A stretch of 57,014 bases of DNA, filler included, from Platydemus manokwari (lineage: Eukaryota): NCBI GenBank assembly GCA_037951405.1. It is 4 parts of 4 records of this genome, joined end to end, with 100 filler letters (N's around TTAATTAATTAA, not from the genome) between each part and the next. Parts side by side here need not be neighbours in the genome. Positions count along the whole stretch, not along the records: positions 27,790 to 47,642 come from JBBMOY011722509.1; positions 47,743 to 57,014 come from JBBMOY011273539.1; 2 more parts are not named here. The stretch is one strand, 5' to 3'. The position numbers were made by a program, and so were the translations under genes. Each line of letters starts with the position of its first letter. Position 1 is the first letter of the stretch. The notes beneath the pieces were generated by a model, which did no database searches, was not told the DNA's origin, and worked only from the letters and a program-made list of their open reading frames with translations. Shown one piece after another: positions 38,670 through 52,048 of the stretch.

Positions 38670-38995
38670 AATTGCGGATTTCCGAATAATTCAGAAACCC
38701 CACCTTATTAACCAAAACCACAAACCTCCACACCAAAGACAGTACGACGGTCGTCATTGATCTAATTGACTTCTCCGTTAAAAAACTATTATTTAAAATC
38801 TCATGAAAGTCCCGGAACGAACTATCTCCAAAACCACAGTTCCTCAACATCCTACACACATAATAATACACATGCCTTAATCAACCTCACCATTAATTGC
38901 AAATCATCTAACAGATGAACTAGCCAAAACTACTCTAAAGTTTCTAAATTAATGAATTACTTCGACTTCATAACATGTTTGTGTTATAAATACAA
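38670..38995 (-). mobile_element. Probable 3' part of the old LINE interrupted by the NeSL-like element
   Basis: Same C-rich top-strand skew as 41900-43900; degenerate Cys-containing C-terminal sequence. Confidence 0.3.
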
Positions 38996-39004
38996 CCACA
39001 AAAA

Positions 39005-41900
39005 ACTAAAATTTATTCAATATAAACATAAAATTCTTCAAGATTCTGTGGCACATGTCCTTACATCAATTTACAGTATGTACATTTTCGTTTCTTCCAA
39101 TGAGTATTCTTGCCGAGATTCTTTACACTAGAATTGCTCAATAGTTGAACTATCAGATTGTAGTCGTTGCAGATATCTGGTTGTATGCTCTTGACCAAGG
39201 TAGGGGCTTCAGTCTCCGTTAGTTCATGTGGGCCTTGTATGTCACGAAGACGTCTTTCTGTGGAGTGCTAATGAAGAACCCGTCGATGAAGGTGATTCGT
39301 GGCTTTTCTAGACCGATGTTGGGTAGCACTTTGTTGTTTTTCGGCTCCCAAAATCCAAGTACTCCAATACAGAGTACATCCAGAAATGTTTCATATCTGG
39401 TTTTTGTTTTGATTTCAGCCACTTGTCCGATATTTTTCAAAGTTCAGAAACCAATGTTTCTCAAAGTTGTCCGAAGTATCAAACGGGATCTTCAGATCGA
39501 TGATGTAAGCATGTCTCTTGGCTTTGTTTCTGATGATGAGATCCTGTCGCAATCTTGCATTTAGTTCCAGTGGGCTTGTATCAATTTCGGTATCCAGTCC
39601 GAGTGATTGTAAGTAGTTGCCTAAGTAGTTCAAAATGATTGAGTGTCTTTTTGATTCCAGATCAGAGATCGCTGGACAGTGGATGAATATGTAGGCATCA
39701 GTTTCCTGTTCTGTTTGGCGTCGTCAGCATAAGGTTGATTTCCCTTTCTTCATGAAATACGGTGCGTAATTCAGTAATAATAAGTTGTCTCTGGCCTGAT
39801 ACGTGAATATCCAGACTTCTGGTGACAAGTGGAAGTTTTTTAGAGGCTTTTACGAGGGATAACTGACTGAGAAGCAGTAAATCAGTCTTCCTTGTTTTTT
39901 TATGATACCCAACTCGCTGTAACAATGCAGAATATCTGAGAGTTTAACGCGATTTTCGAAGTTGAAATGGTAAGTCTTGGTGTTATCCACCGTGAGTTTC
40001 CGGAGAATTTCAGTGCTGTGGTTATAGAGTTCCACATTGATTTGACTATTCCTAAGCTTTCTGATTGCAAAGCAAGTTTTGCTACTGAGGATGGTTTTTC
40101 AGTCGGTAGTTTACCAGAGATCCAGAGTAGTGCTGTCGCGAGATCATTTGATTCAGTGATTCGGTGCTTCACAATCTTGGTTACATGGTTTGACATGAAT
40201 GTTCTAAATTCTTGGTCCGGGCTTGTGAGTTAGCGAAAGGCACCGACAATGCCCCGTATGCAATATCCATGACGGCTGTAGTGAGTACGGTCCAGCCAAG
40301 TTTGGTAGGTCCATAGAAGAAGTTGTTGCTTGAGTTCGATCCGTCTATTTTTAGTATTTTGCGAGATATTCGACGTATTTTTTTGTCGAATGATTGTACT
40401 GATTCATTATTTTGGTTTGAGATCAGTTTTCTTGAATCCAGTTTGGTAGTTTCTACTTGTTGGATTTGGAGGTAGAAAGCCAATATCGAGTGCAGAAAAA
40501 TATTGTAAGCCCGAAATTTTTGTGAAGGATGCAGTCTGGAGTCTGCAATCGCTTCATAATCTGTGATGATTGATTCCAAGATGTGGTCAAATGATGATCG
40601 ATTATGTAGACCGAATGACACTGCGAGATATTTGTAGAGATTGTCACTATCCACGATTGGCACTGACTCTATAATATTGTCAGGTCGATTCGGTTCTTAT
40701 TATTTTTGCAGAAGTAGTCACATTTGAAGGTGCTGATTATGAGTAGAATATCAGTTGCTTGATGAATAAGTTGATTCAGCCGGTATTCCAAGTTCTCTCC
40801 AGAATTTGCTATGAAAACGATATCGTCAGCGTAGGCCAGTGTTGAGAATTGAGTGTCATATATTGCGAGAGGCCCCGGTATACTGGATGGGGAGCGCAGG
40901 ATGAAATCAATAGACAGATTGAAGAGTGTCATTGACAAGGGCCATGTTTTAGGAAAAGGTTTGTGTCTGTCCATTGATCCGGTATTGTTTTGTTCTTGAG
41001 GATTCTATTGAATATTGATTATAAGAAGGTGTGCTGGGGATCGATTAATATCCAGTCTTTGTAAGTGATCTCATCGTTTCCTGGTGCCGAGTTTGCATGT
41101 TTTTGAAGGTGTGCTCAATCTCAGTGAGAGTGATAACATTTAGATTTGAGTTGTCTTTGTGTCTGGGCAGAATTGGTTTAAAGTTTCTGAGATTTGCAGC
41201 GGAGCTGGTTTTGAATAATGATTGATAATTTCTTGTAAGGATGGACTTGAGGTAGGGTTTGTTGATGCCATGATAATTCGAAGTGTCTTTTTTGGCTCCT
41301 TGCGGAATTAATTGCGAAGTTTATAGTCCGGAGTTGATTGATCTGAGAAATGGAGAGCTGGAGGTTTGACCGTTTTCTTTCCATCGAAACGGGTTTGATC
41401 TGTTGTTGCTATTGCCGTACGGGCAGATGTTAGAATTAGTGAGGTTAGCTGCTCCAGTCTAGTCTAGTTTAATTACTTCGATCATAATTGGGTTCATCGT
41501 GGGACTGTTTTCATTGTTGGATTGAATTGAAAGTTTGAGGAAGAGAATTGTGTTTGATATGATCTTGTTGATGTCATTTCGAAGCTGAGGTAGGACTGGG
41601 GTGTGGAATACCGGACATTGGTTTGCATAGTCCAGTATGTGTTGTATCACGAAGAGGCCACAGTCCGGTGAGTTTAGTTGAAGTGGAAGTTCATCTAAAG
41701 TTGATTGTTTCAGATTGATCGGTTCTTTGATTGCAATTATATTTTGTAGAATTGAGTCTAGTTTGTTCCATAGAGACTTTTGAGCTGGAGAGAGATGCCT
41801 CGTTTCTATATCAATGAAGTAGGATCATTCTTTGTCGAGGTCGACTATGTAGAGGTCCCAATGACAGTTGTTCCAGTGAATTAACCAGAGCGTTCGGAAC
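39005..41900 (-). mobile_element. 5'-truncated, frameshifted NeSL-clade non-LTR retrotransposon: Ulp1 protease, RT, zinc knuckle, restriction-like endonuclease
   Basis: Ulp1 NNCHWDLYIVD, YFID, QLNSPDCGLFV; RT LSMTLFNLSID, LAYADDIV, YKYLAV; knuckle ETDAYIFIHC...RH; RLE LRQDLII, IIDLKIPFD, NFEKY, IGVLGFW; AATAAA near 39012-39017. Confidence 0.88.
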
Positions 41901-43900
41901 CCTATTCTCTCCTTATAATATTACACTAATCAACATAACATATATAAAAAACATTGGCTATGGAATTAACTCCAAAATCCATCAGTTCCTATCACTCCTG
42001 CACTGCTTCAACCGAAAAAAGCTTTAGCTTTTATTGATAACACCTTACATTGCTCAAAATATGAAAGCCAATATTATTTCAAGATTTTCAGTAAATTCTT
42101 CTCTATTTTCCTTAAAATTGATGCTGCTAACATTAAAATACCACCATCTTCATTCCTTTGCATTTCTGTAGTCACTCCAGATTATACTAAGGCATCCTGA
42201 AATATGAGTTTCAAAAATATATCCGAGGATAGACCCAATACTTAAATCTTGCCTGCAAATCATGTTTCAAATTTTCAATAACGTCCTTGAAATTTCTCTC
42301 TATTATCTGGAGAGACTTTAAACTCGGCTTCTATGTCAAACCAAATCCCATTTATCATAAAACTAACCATCCAAAGAACAATTACCTAATACTTAGTAAT
42401 GGAACCGTTACTCACAGATTTACTAAAAGTGGTAAATAAAATAGCAACTGATTCTATTCAACCAAGCCAAATATCAAGAAATTTTCTTAAAGCCCAGTGC
42501 CATATCAATTACTTACAATTCCTCCAAATATTACATTCAAGTTGTAACTTGATTATTCTCATGCTGACTGCAGAGTGAAAGAAAAAAGGGTATATAGACC
42601 ATGTATATTGACCATGATGATGTTGTTTTAATCCAATCTACTGAGATACGGTCTTCTTTTCATCCTGATCCAATACTGACTCAGAATCTGATCTTGAATG
42701 TCTCTCATGCTCTCCCCATCTAATAAAACTACCCAACATTTCTCCAATAGCATCGGCATTTATAACTCTTTTCGATGATCGTAACGCCAAATGTAATTTA
42801 TGTACCAAGAAGGATTGTTTCACATTTTCAAGAACATGTCTTGTCCATAGACTTTTTCTAAAAAAATGCGATATTGGAATCCTCCTAAATTTGTTGTACA
42901 ATTGTGGTTTTGTAAGACTATGTAACTAATTTTAAACTACACCTAAATGATCTCCGTCCAAACCAACTGACTACCGAAGATATTCTAACTTAATGGCTAA
43001 GTAATCCAGTCATTAAAACTTACTTGTTCTCTAAACTTTCTGATTTCAAACATCATATTTTTGTCAAACATCAATCTGCCTTGGCTCTTCACCTACCAAA
43101 ATCTTCACAACCTTCGGCAAAATCTCTTTATATGAAATAAATCCAAACGCAAAAACATTTATTAATGACTTAAAAATCCCCTACTGTTGTGTTTTTGTTG
43201 TTTAGTTGGTGTTTTGAAACTCAAAATCGTGAGTTATTTTTTTAATGAGAATTTTTTAATAACAGTTTGTACAAAATAAATCTTAACTATTCTTTATTTA
43301 AAATTAATTAATCGATTATCAATTTATACAGATATATTAGCTCTATTAAGTGATTTTACAAAACAGTAAACTCAGTGGTCTTACCTGGAGTGAGTGCAAG
43401 AGCCGAAACGTTTCCTTATCAAATTCATATCATTTCATATCATTTACCTAAACCAGATGCCCTCGAAACACAATACTGATAAACTACTCAACTGGTAAAC
43501 TTTAAACAACATCCAATCTCACAAAAACTCAACATAGTTTCAACTTTACACTGGATTACTCTATCCTTACCTGTTACTTTCAGTCAGACAAACTTCTGGA
43601 AAAAAATCCTATAAACTTGACTAACATTTATACCAAGTAACGATTTTCCCCATGTATCTAGGCTTTCATTGATTTTTGAATGTTTAAGACAAAATTTACT
43701 TGTCAACAACTGAAAATCGCCAACAACAACTTCGAAAGTTCAAAACCACCAATATTTACTTCAATACTTGGACATGGCTTTGATTACACTAAACAGTCGA
43801 CAGTAGTTCAAGTGAAAATAGACCTATATTGACAATTAAATAAATTTAAAAGTTGACGTCGGTAGCATATCTAAGCTATGTCACCGCAGTGTAAACGCAC
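41901..43900 (-). mobile_element. Heavily decayed non-LTR retrotransposon (host of the nested insertion)
   Basis: Minus strand GIWFDIEAEFKVSPD and tttaagtattggg (FKYLG with a 1-nt deletion, ~42236-42248); persistent strand skew; many stops. Confidence 0.4.
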
Positions 43901-46542
43901 TCCATCGAATAAACCTCATTCAAATACCCAGCTAATCAAAAGACGTCAAAATTAGTATTCAATAAGTCAATTGATTGTTATTTCTACCTGGGCAGTAGCA
44001 ATTTCTATTTCATTATCTGTCAATCTGGTGTCACATAAACCACTATGGGAATTTTTGAAACAACAAATTCTCCGAAAATATTTCATTACATTTTCAATTG
44101 TAAATCTTACAGGAATTTACCCATCGAATTTTTTATTATAAATATTAATTTCATTATCTCATGTTTAATTAAAATTGGTTAGTACTTTTCTCTATCTATT
44201 TTCTGTGCAATCGGATTTAGAGACGGTTCATATAATCGACTAGCATTGTTTGGACTTTAAAATTGGGAATTAATATTTTGTGATTTTTTTTGATATTTAA
44301 TGAAAATTTGTATGCCAACATTGCGCTTATTAATTTCGCTTTTAATTTTTAGTATAAGGTTTGCTTTGAAGTTTAAAATAATTTAAAGTAATGTCTGTGG
44401 AGAATGTGAAAAGACGATCGAAAAATAATTAATAGAGCCAGTGGAACAACTTCAAATGAGCAGATACATATTGGTATAACAGACAAACATCTCAGAACCC
44501 AATCACAGTCTTTTAAATTATCAATATTTTATTGGATTTCAGCTCCCAACACGTGTTTACAGAAAATTACAAGCACTAAAGCACGTCATTTACATTGAAA
44601 GAAATTTTCCAATCAGATGCACGGGAAAACTTTCCAGTCACAGATGGAATATTGGATAATAATAGATAAACACAATAAGTCTATTAAAGGAGTCAAATTT
44701 CGAGAGTAATTGTATGTATTTTACAGTCTGTATTTTCGAATTCTGAACTCATTTTGATTTGACATTTAGAACTGCATTTTTCTGAGTAACTTTGGTTTAA
44801 TATTTTTGAATATTGTACGTTAACGTTCTTATTCAATTTGTATGAGCCGTTATTTTACAACTCTGAGCTTTCATCTTTTTAAAACTACTTTTACAAGTTT
44901 AATTATAACTTCAGAATCACTCTCACAGTCTACTTTGCTATTTACATATTCCTGTAAACTGTCCTCAAACAAATTTTGCACAGTGATCAGATGGAAAAGT
45001 GGCATAATTATTACTGCGAACTGAAATATATAATATTTCGACTTCTATTAAGTGTTTCGGTGTTGATAATTATCTTGAAACAATCTATCAAACTGTACAC
45101 ATTCATTAAGGTAGAAAGCATAACCTTGAATACTTATTAAAATAATCTGTTCCATACTTTGAATTTATTCTCGATTGAACGATTATTTCCTTAGCAATAA
45201 TTTTAATTTCTATTTTATTTTTATATCTTGTATTTTGGATTTGTGGATTTAATATTAAAAAGAAAATTGAATGACCATAACTTTCTCAAAAAAGAACAAG
45301 AATTATAAAGCCATCAGTACAAACATTGACATCATTTGGAATTTAAATTTTGGTCATATGAATTTGTATAATTATTAAATCAAAATTTTTATATACTCAT
45401 AGATTTCGTAACCATTGTTATAATTTTACCACAGCAAACATTGAACCTGTCTCATATGCTTCAACTCTTGAAATTACACCATTTATAAGTCATTAATAAC
45501 ATATTTAGCTTAATAATAACAGTGGCACCTACTTGTACTTTGCCTCCACATGATATTCGGAGGGCTCTTGAGAATATAAATGATACAGAATCGGGATCAC
45601 TAACAAGTACAAAACCAAACCTTAATTATTTTAAAATAATTTTTATTTTCTATCATTTTCAATAAGTTTTCCAAATTTTTTTCAAGTACTTTTAAATATC
45701 GAATTATGACTTACAGGGTCTGATAAATTATTTGTATTAAATTATTTATTGACTGATTGTTATTTCAATTGAAATAGTTATCTTTCATTTTTAAGATACC
45801 TTACGGAATTTCAATAATTTTTCAACTTTGGGACAAAGAAGTCCTATAGTTTAAATACATCGTTTTATTGAAAGGACACAAATACGTGATTAAGCAATTT
45901 TGATATTATCATTGTTCTTCATGACATTTTAAGAGGGCAATTTAAAACTTCATTGGATTTTAAATTGCATCTAAATCAATATGCTTATATAAGACAATCT
46001 ATTTCATCAAGAAATTATCATTAATTATGGTTTATATTTAGAACGAAAAGAGAAGTATTATTAATTGTTTGTAAATAAACTCTGTTCACTAAGTATTATA
46101 ATGAAGTTTGTTGTTTTGGATCGTTTTAACAGGCATATTAAGTGTCTTATAATGCCATAATAGGTACTGATAATCGAAAATAGATAAGATTATAAATAAT
46201 TTTACAGTTGTTTTATATTTTGTATGGTTACTATTAGAACTATTTAAATTATTATTTTGTAAATAATGAACTTTGTTTATCACAATAATAACGTTTTTAT
46301 TCATCAGAATATCTGCATACATTTTTTAATTTCTAAAATTTCAAACATACAAAGAAGAATATAAAATAACAGAAATACAGTAAATTATAATATAAAAAGT
46401 AATTTATATTTTATGTTACAAAGTGTTTTAGAGAATTGTATAAAAAATTTATTAAGATTAGAGAAAGAATTGATATTTTAAATTTTAATTTTAAAATAAT
46501 TTTCACAACTTTCTTTTAAAGCACTAAATAAATTTCTTTGAA

Positions 46543-47079
46543 ATGGCGAGAATTTACAAAAGTGTAATAACTAATTTAGATAAACTTGTACCAACAAAAT
46601 TTCAAGGATTTTGGAACCATCCAGCAGGTTTATATAACACTTTTAAATTATTTAAACGAATAATTAACTATAATATTAGGACCTAAAACAATTTTTTTCT
46701 GGGCTCCAACTTTCAAATGGGTAGCATATTATTGTTACATTAACATATAATACATTGAATAATGATATATTTTGTATTTTTAATTTCAAAATTTAGTCAT
46801 TGGTAATTGCCGGCTTGGCCGATCTTGCAAGGCCTGCTGATAAATTAAGTTTATCACAAAGTTCTGCCTTAGCATGTACTGGATTAGTTTGGTCTCGTTA
46901 CTCATTGGTTATTATTCCCAAGAATTACAATTTATTCAGTGTCAATGTTTTCGTGGCCTCGACTGGTTTATTTCAAATAGCAAGAGCTTTAAAGTCTGTT
47001 TAATTAAAAATATTACATTGATAATTTATCATTTTGTTTCAGTTATCGCCGATCTCAAGAAAAATCAAAACAAACATAA
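46543..47079 (+). CDS. MPC2: Mitochondrial pyruvate carrier 2, paralog B (119 aa); exons 46543-46627, 46680-46720, 46797-46993, 47043-47079
   Basis: FWNHPAGPKTIFFWAPTFKWSLVIAGLADLARPADKLS and TGLVWSRYSLVIIPKNYNLFSVN; introns 52, 76, 49 nt, all GT-AG. Confidence 0.96.
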
Positions 47080-47642
47080 ATATTGTTTTGGAATATTTTT
47101 TAAAATTTTAATGATTATCGATGTTTTAATTTAGATGTATGTTTTGTATTTTAAAATCGATCTAATGAATGTAGTCCCTATTTAAAATTTTACAGTGATA
47201 GACTTGCCTTTTATTAATAAATAATTAATTTTAGATTTGTTGTTTTTAATTTATAATAGTTTATAATTTTGGAAAATGGTTCATTCAAAGTTAATTGTGG
47301 TTTAATTATTTCTTAATTGTGCTTTAATAATTTAAATTTAATCCCAGAACAATTAAAACTGTTTTAGATGCGGTTAAATTGAAGTAATAGTTGCATAATA
47401 AATTACTAAAATTAATTTGATATGAAATAGTATGGTTTCATTACAATTAATAGTTTTGTTTGTTTATTGCAAATATTTTCATATGATATCGTGATATTAA
47501 CAGAATTTACCCACATTTCTATTATAAATATTTGATTGTCATATTTTTTGAATTTTATAAAAATAAAATATGGTTAAACAAGCCAGTGTAATTTATTAAT
47601 AAGAATGATTATTATACAAGAAAAGCTGAATATTTCCTAATG

Positions 47643-47742
47643 NNNNNNNNNNNNNNNNNNNNNNNNNNNNNNNNNNNNNNNNNNNNTTAATTAATTAANN
47701 NNNNNNNNNNNNNNNNNNNNNNNNNNNNNNNNNNNNNNNNNN
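47643..47742. other. Assembly gap with TTAATTAATTAA linker
   Basis: N-run with linker at 47687-47698. Confidence 0.97.
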
Positions 47743-48899
47743 TCTACTTATATGGATTTACTATCGCAAAAATGTTCGACAAGTGATTGTGATATCGATT
47801 GAATACCATTTATTATCACTGATTAAATGAATTAATTTTGTGAAGAAGACATATTAATTGAAGTTATTTATATAGTTTAGCTGTCCAGAATTAGTGATAT
47901 ATATTCATATTTTTACAAATTATTTATTGGTACTTGAAACCTCACAGTCTCCTTCTCGGAATTCATAATAAAATATAATTTATAAGATCTTTAATAGCGA
48001 TACATTTATTTGTTTATCAATCTAGACCCGAACATATTTATAATAAATAGTTTCAACAATGTTGATATACAAGTAGTATTATTCGAAAAATAATTTTAAA
48101 AAAAACTATTCAGAAAAAATAGTGGAAATGTATTGAACTAATTATTTTTTTGAAAAAATAAATACACATTGAGTCTCGATAAGCAGATAATTGTTAAGAT
48201 ATTCTACTGACATTATAAAATCTAAAAATATCACAATGTATTTCTTAAGTCTATTTGGAAAATATATATTTTGAATTTAATTTCTAATGTAATAATTTAT
48301 GAAATTCGAATTTGAAAAGATTTTCCAGATGTTGATGAAATACCTACACGACGAAATCGTCAAATTTGTTATCAGTGAAATTTAGAGCAAGAGTATTATT
48401 CTCGAGAGAAAACCGATTCTAAATTTCTCAAAGAATTTTGTCGATTCAATTTGTGATAGACATTTCTTGAGGAAAATTTAAAATATAATTTACTAATCAT
48501 AGAAAGAAGGACTTGGTATGAAAGTATCTATATAAATAAAGCCTTTCATAGTTTCTCAGCCAATATATGAACCGTATATATAAGCCTTAGGTGGAACTAT
48601 AGTTTTATTTATAATATTAAATTAAAAGATAGATAATATCTGATATGTTTGTTTAAATATTCAGAATTAAGCTTACGATTAATAAAGTTATGGCATCACG
48701 TTCTCGTGTTACGGTAACCACTCCGATATTAATGTGCTCAATCAAGCAATAAATATATTTTCTAATTTACCCCGGAAAACACATGAATCACATTCTTCGA
48801 TGTCTCTTCTCATATAGCAGAGAACTAGTTAAAAAATAATAAAAACTTTGGAATTTTCTAAAAGATGGAGTTATAATTCTCATTTGATATGTTATTTCA

Positions 48900-49450
48900 A
48901 AGAAATACTGAAGAGCTACAAGAGGATTTTAGTACCAAGGGAGCTGTTCCAAATTATGCCGTCGAGATCTTGTTACTAATTTGCAAAAAACTAACCCCAT
49001 TAAACATGTAAATATTATTTGGTAGTTATTCGAAAGACTTAAGAAAAAGACATGAATCAAACGAACAGTTTCAGAGATTTAGTGCTGGAAATGTAGAATA
49101 GAAGCCAAGATAAATTATACAAATGAAAAATAAAGTGATATATTTTTGAGATATTTTGAAATCTAAGGTTGTCTCAACATCCAAGGACAGTCCACAACGA
49201 CTTATGCAGATGATAGGCATTGAGTTTTATAAATCATGTAGAGGAAGACGACTCAACAAAATGAATTTTTAAAATCCTGGGCTTATTTTTGTTGCGGAGA
49301 ATGAAACAAAAAATTTTGATTGCCTACTTCGAGATAAATACTGATATGCGGTAAAGTAGGCCATTCACTTAAATAATATTATTGGGAACTTATTGGAAAG
49401 CCTCATATCAAGAAGTCTGAAGTCATATTAGCTTAAGAGACGTTCAAATA
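48900..49450 (+). mobile_element. Possible decayed non-LTR reverse transcriptase fragment
   Basis: RGF*YQG (~48921-48941) followed by TYADD (49200-49214); spacing is longer than usual. Confidence 0.3.
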
Positions 49451-51015
49451 TTTTCTGGAAAAGATAAAAATTCAAAGTGTTAGGAAAAAATCTTCTTATG
49501 AAAATTGTTTCATCAAGCTACGAAAACCGAGAGATTTAAAACCATTGTATCGAAGAACATTTATTTCATACAACTTTGATTTAAAATTAATTTTTTTATA
49601 AAAAATAAATTTATACATGAAATGTGAGGAAAATATACGTAAAATTAAATTATAAAATTACTTCATACATCATTTAAGCCTGAGTTTAATAGCCTTCCAA
49701 GTTAATTATTGATTATTTTTATAAAGGTAAACGATTGTTAGCATGTTGACAATTATATGTCGAAATTACATTTATATACGAAACGATCTTCAAATTTGTT
49801 GTAACATTTTTAAGAGTTTCACAAATAAAAATCTATTTCGAGAAAGCAAAAAAGAAAAATCCAAGTGAATTTTTTATCATAAAAAATACAATTGAATTTT
49901 ATTTCCAACTATAATTAAAATTTACAGATTTTTCCAGTCCAATATCAAAACTATTTCTCAATGGTAACAATTAAATTCAATATTGAAAATTTTTGGACTC
50001 CAAATTCAATAAAGAGTAAATTAGATTATCAATGGCTAAAGATGAAAATGTATTGATTAGATTGAAAGTAACATTTCGTTAAGTAATTCAAAAATTTATA
50101 AAACGATCATCTATGCAATTATCGTAATCTTTAAATGGATAAATTTTGATGGCATACAAATATGTATTAAGAAAGGAAATTTTATTTAAAACTTAACTAT
50201 CACGTTGAATTTTACAAATTTTCATTCTAACGTAATAAATAAAATATTAGCTAATATATTCTAATATAAAATGAACAAATTACCATTTTTATAAAAAATG
50301 AGTATTGATATACTTACTTAGAGAAATTTTAGAAAAATTTTTACTGAAATTTTGTGACAAAATAAAGTTCAAAGATTATTCAGAAATTATCATACACCAA
50401 ATAATCGAAAGAAAATTGTAATCAACATTGAAGAATCTATTGGAAAATTACTATAGTTCTGTTGAATTAAAAATATCATCATATAAATTTTAAGAATTAT
50501 AAATTAATCCATTAATAAATATATAATATGTATTTTCACTATAATATTTGATGCGGACAATTATAAAAATAATGGAATTAATATTACTAAAAATAACAAG
50601 AATTGTAAGCTAGTAATTGCATTCAACGAATTATCACAATCAATCCGAAACAAACGACAATTGATAAACGAATCAGAAATCTCACCTTGTAGATCTAATT
50701 GTAAAATAGATACAATCCCAAATATTGATATTAAATTAAGCATTCAAATAGAATAAACGATCAACATAACTCTGAATTCGTGTTTCAATTTCAATACAAT
50801 CTTTTACTATGTAATTGTAAATGTCATATTGGAATTAGGCTAAAACTTATTGGTACGTTTATTATAAACAATGTGATATATGAAATCCGATAAAATTTAT
50901 ATTTATATATGTTTGAAAAAAATCAAATAAATATCAATTAGTTTGTAATGATATTTTAAATGATAAGACTAATTTAGTTTAAATCTTTGTTCGACTTTTC
51001 ATTAATCTCTAAAAG

Positions 51016-52048
51016 TAATAAAAACCCCTTTATTATGTTATGATTCAAAAACAATGAGGTCAGTTTTTAAAACCAAACTTATTATACCATGCGATGCATA
51101 AGTCTCCGCTTCTAAAACTAAAATAAAACAACAAAACATGGTACAATTTATACTCATTGATATTAATTATTATTCACTGATTATTGTACTTTATTTCTTA
51201 TTAATCAGTCGCATTATTACAATATGGTGGAAGCAGCTGGTGATGTTAAATTTTCGTTTGCGGATAGTGCTTATAGTTATCCATGCAATAATGTACCAGA
51301 GTAGTGCCAAAGCTTGCCAAGAATTTAACAATGTTTCAATCGTGCACCATAACAATTATACAACGCTCAATGAACTCGAAGAAGCAATTTCACATGAATC
51401 GATAGACATCAATCAAGAAGTCGTCCGTAAATGTTATTCAGGATTTAGGAAACGATGCAATCTTTGTTTGGAACTGTCATTGACATGTTTCGAAAAGGAG
51501 ATTTCTCCGGGAGAATATGGATATGATATGAAATTTCTTATATAAATTTAATCTGGTCTTTTTGACAAGCACGCTCATTTGAATGGGGTTGTGAAATATT
51601 TGATTTAAAAGTTACTTCAGCATAAATAAATATCAAATGATTATGCTAAACAAGGATAACATTACAATAGAGATTTGTTTTGGGATGAATTATTAATTAA
51701 GCAATTTCCTTTGGGATAGAGAGGGATTAACAAAACTATGCCTCTTATAAAGTGCATTGATCTCTGAAGCAATTTACAGCAAATATCTCAGTGATGTTTG
51801 TAATGATGATTGTACAGTTAATAGCTCGAGCTGTTTCCTTAGCGATAGAGTAATTTGTAAAACTATGTTACTTCTAAGGTTATTGTGTTTTGTTGTGCAT
51901 TAAAATAACTCAATACATTTAGTTCGTTTTTACTGTTGCTTTATTTTAGTTTTCGAGACGGAGACTTATGAATCGCATGGCATAATTAGTTTGGTTTTTA
52001 AAAACTGACCTCATTGTAACATAACAAAGGGGTTTATTAATCGCACGG
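51016..52048 (+). mobile_element. Internally deleted Tc1/mariner-superfamily element with ~115-bp terminal inverted repeats
   Basis: 51016-51133 is an imperfect reverse complement of 51934-52048; right end ...atcgcacgg|TA. Internal ORF carries YTTLNELEEAI...INQEVVRKCYSGFRKRCNLCLELSLTCFE, a Tc1/mariner transposase C-terminal helix pattern. Confidence 0.85.

Noticed and set aside
44210-44245. Spliced-leader RNA-like AGACGGT motif (also near 52180)
   Set aside because: Only a 7-mer matches; no leader ending in ATG|GT or Sm site follows.
17128-47079. Functional cluster of mitochondrial genes (SOD2 plus two MPC2)
   Set aside because: The MPC2 pair is one duplication, and SOD2 is 19 kb away across a gap; chance is sufficient.
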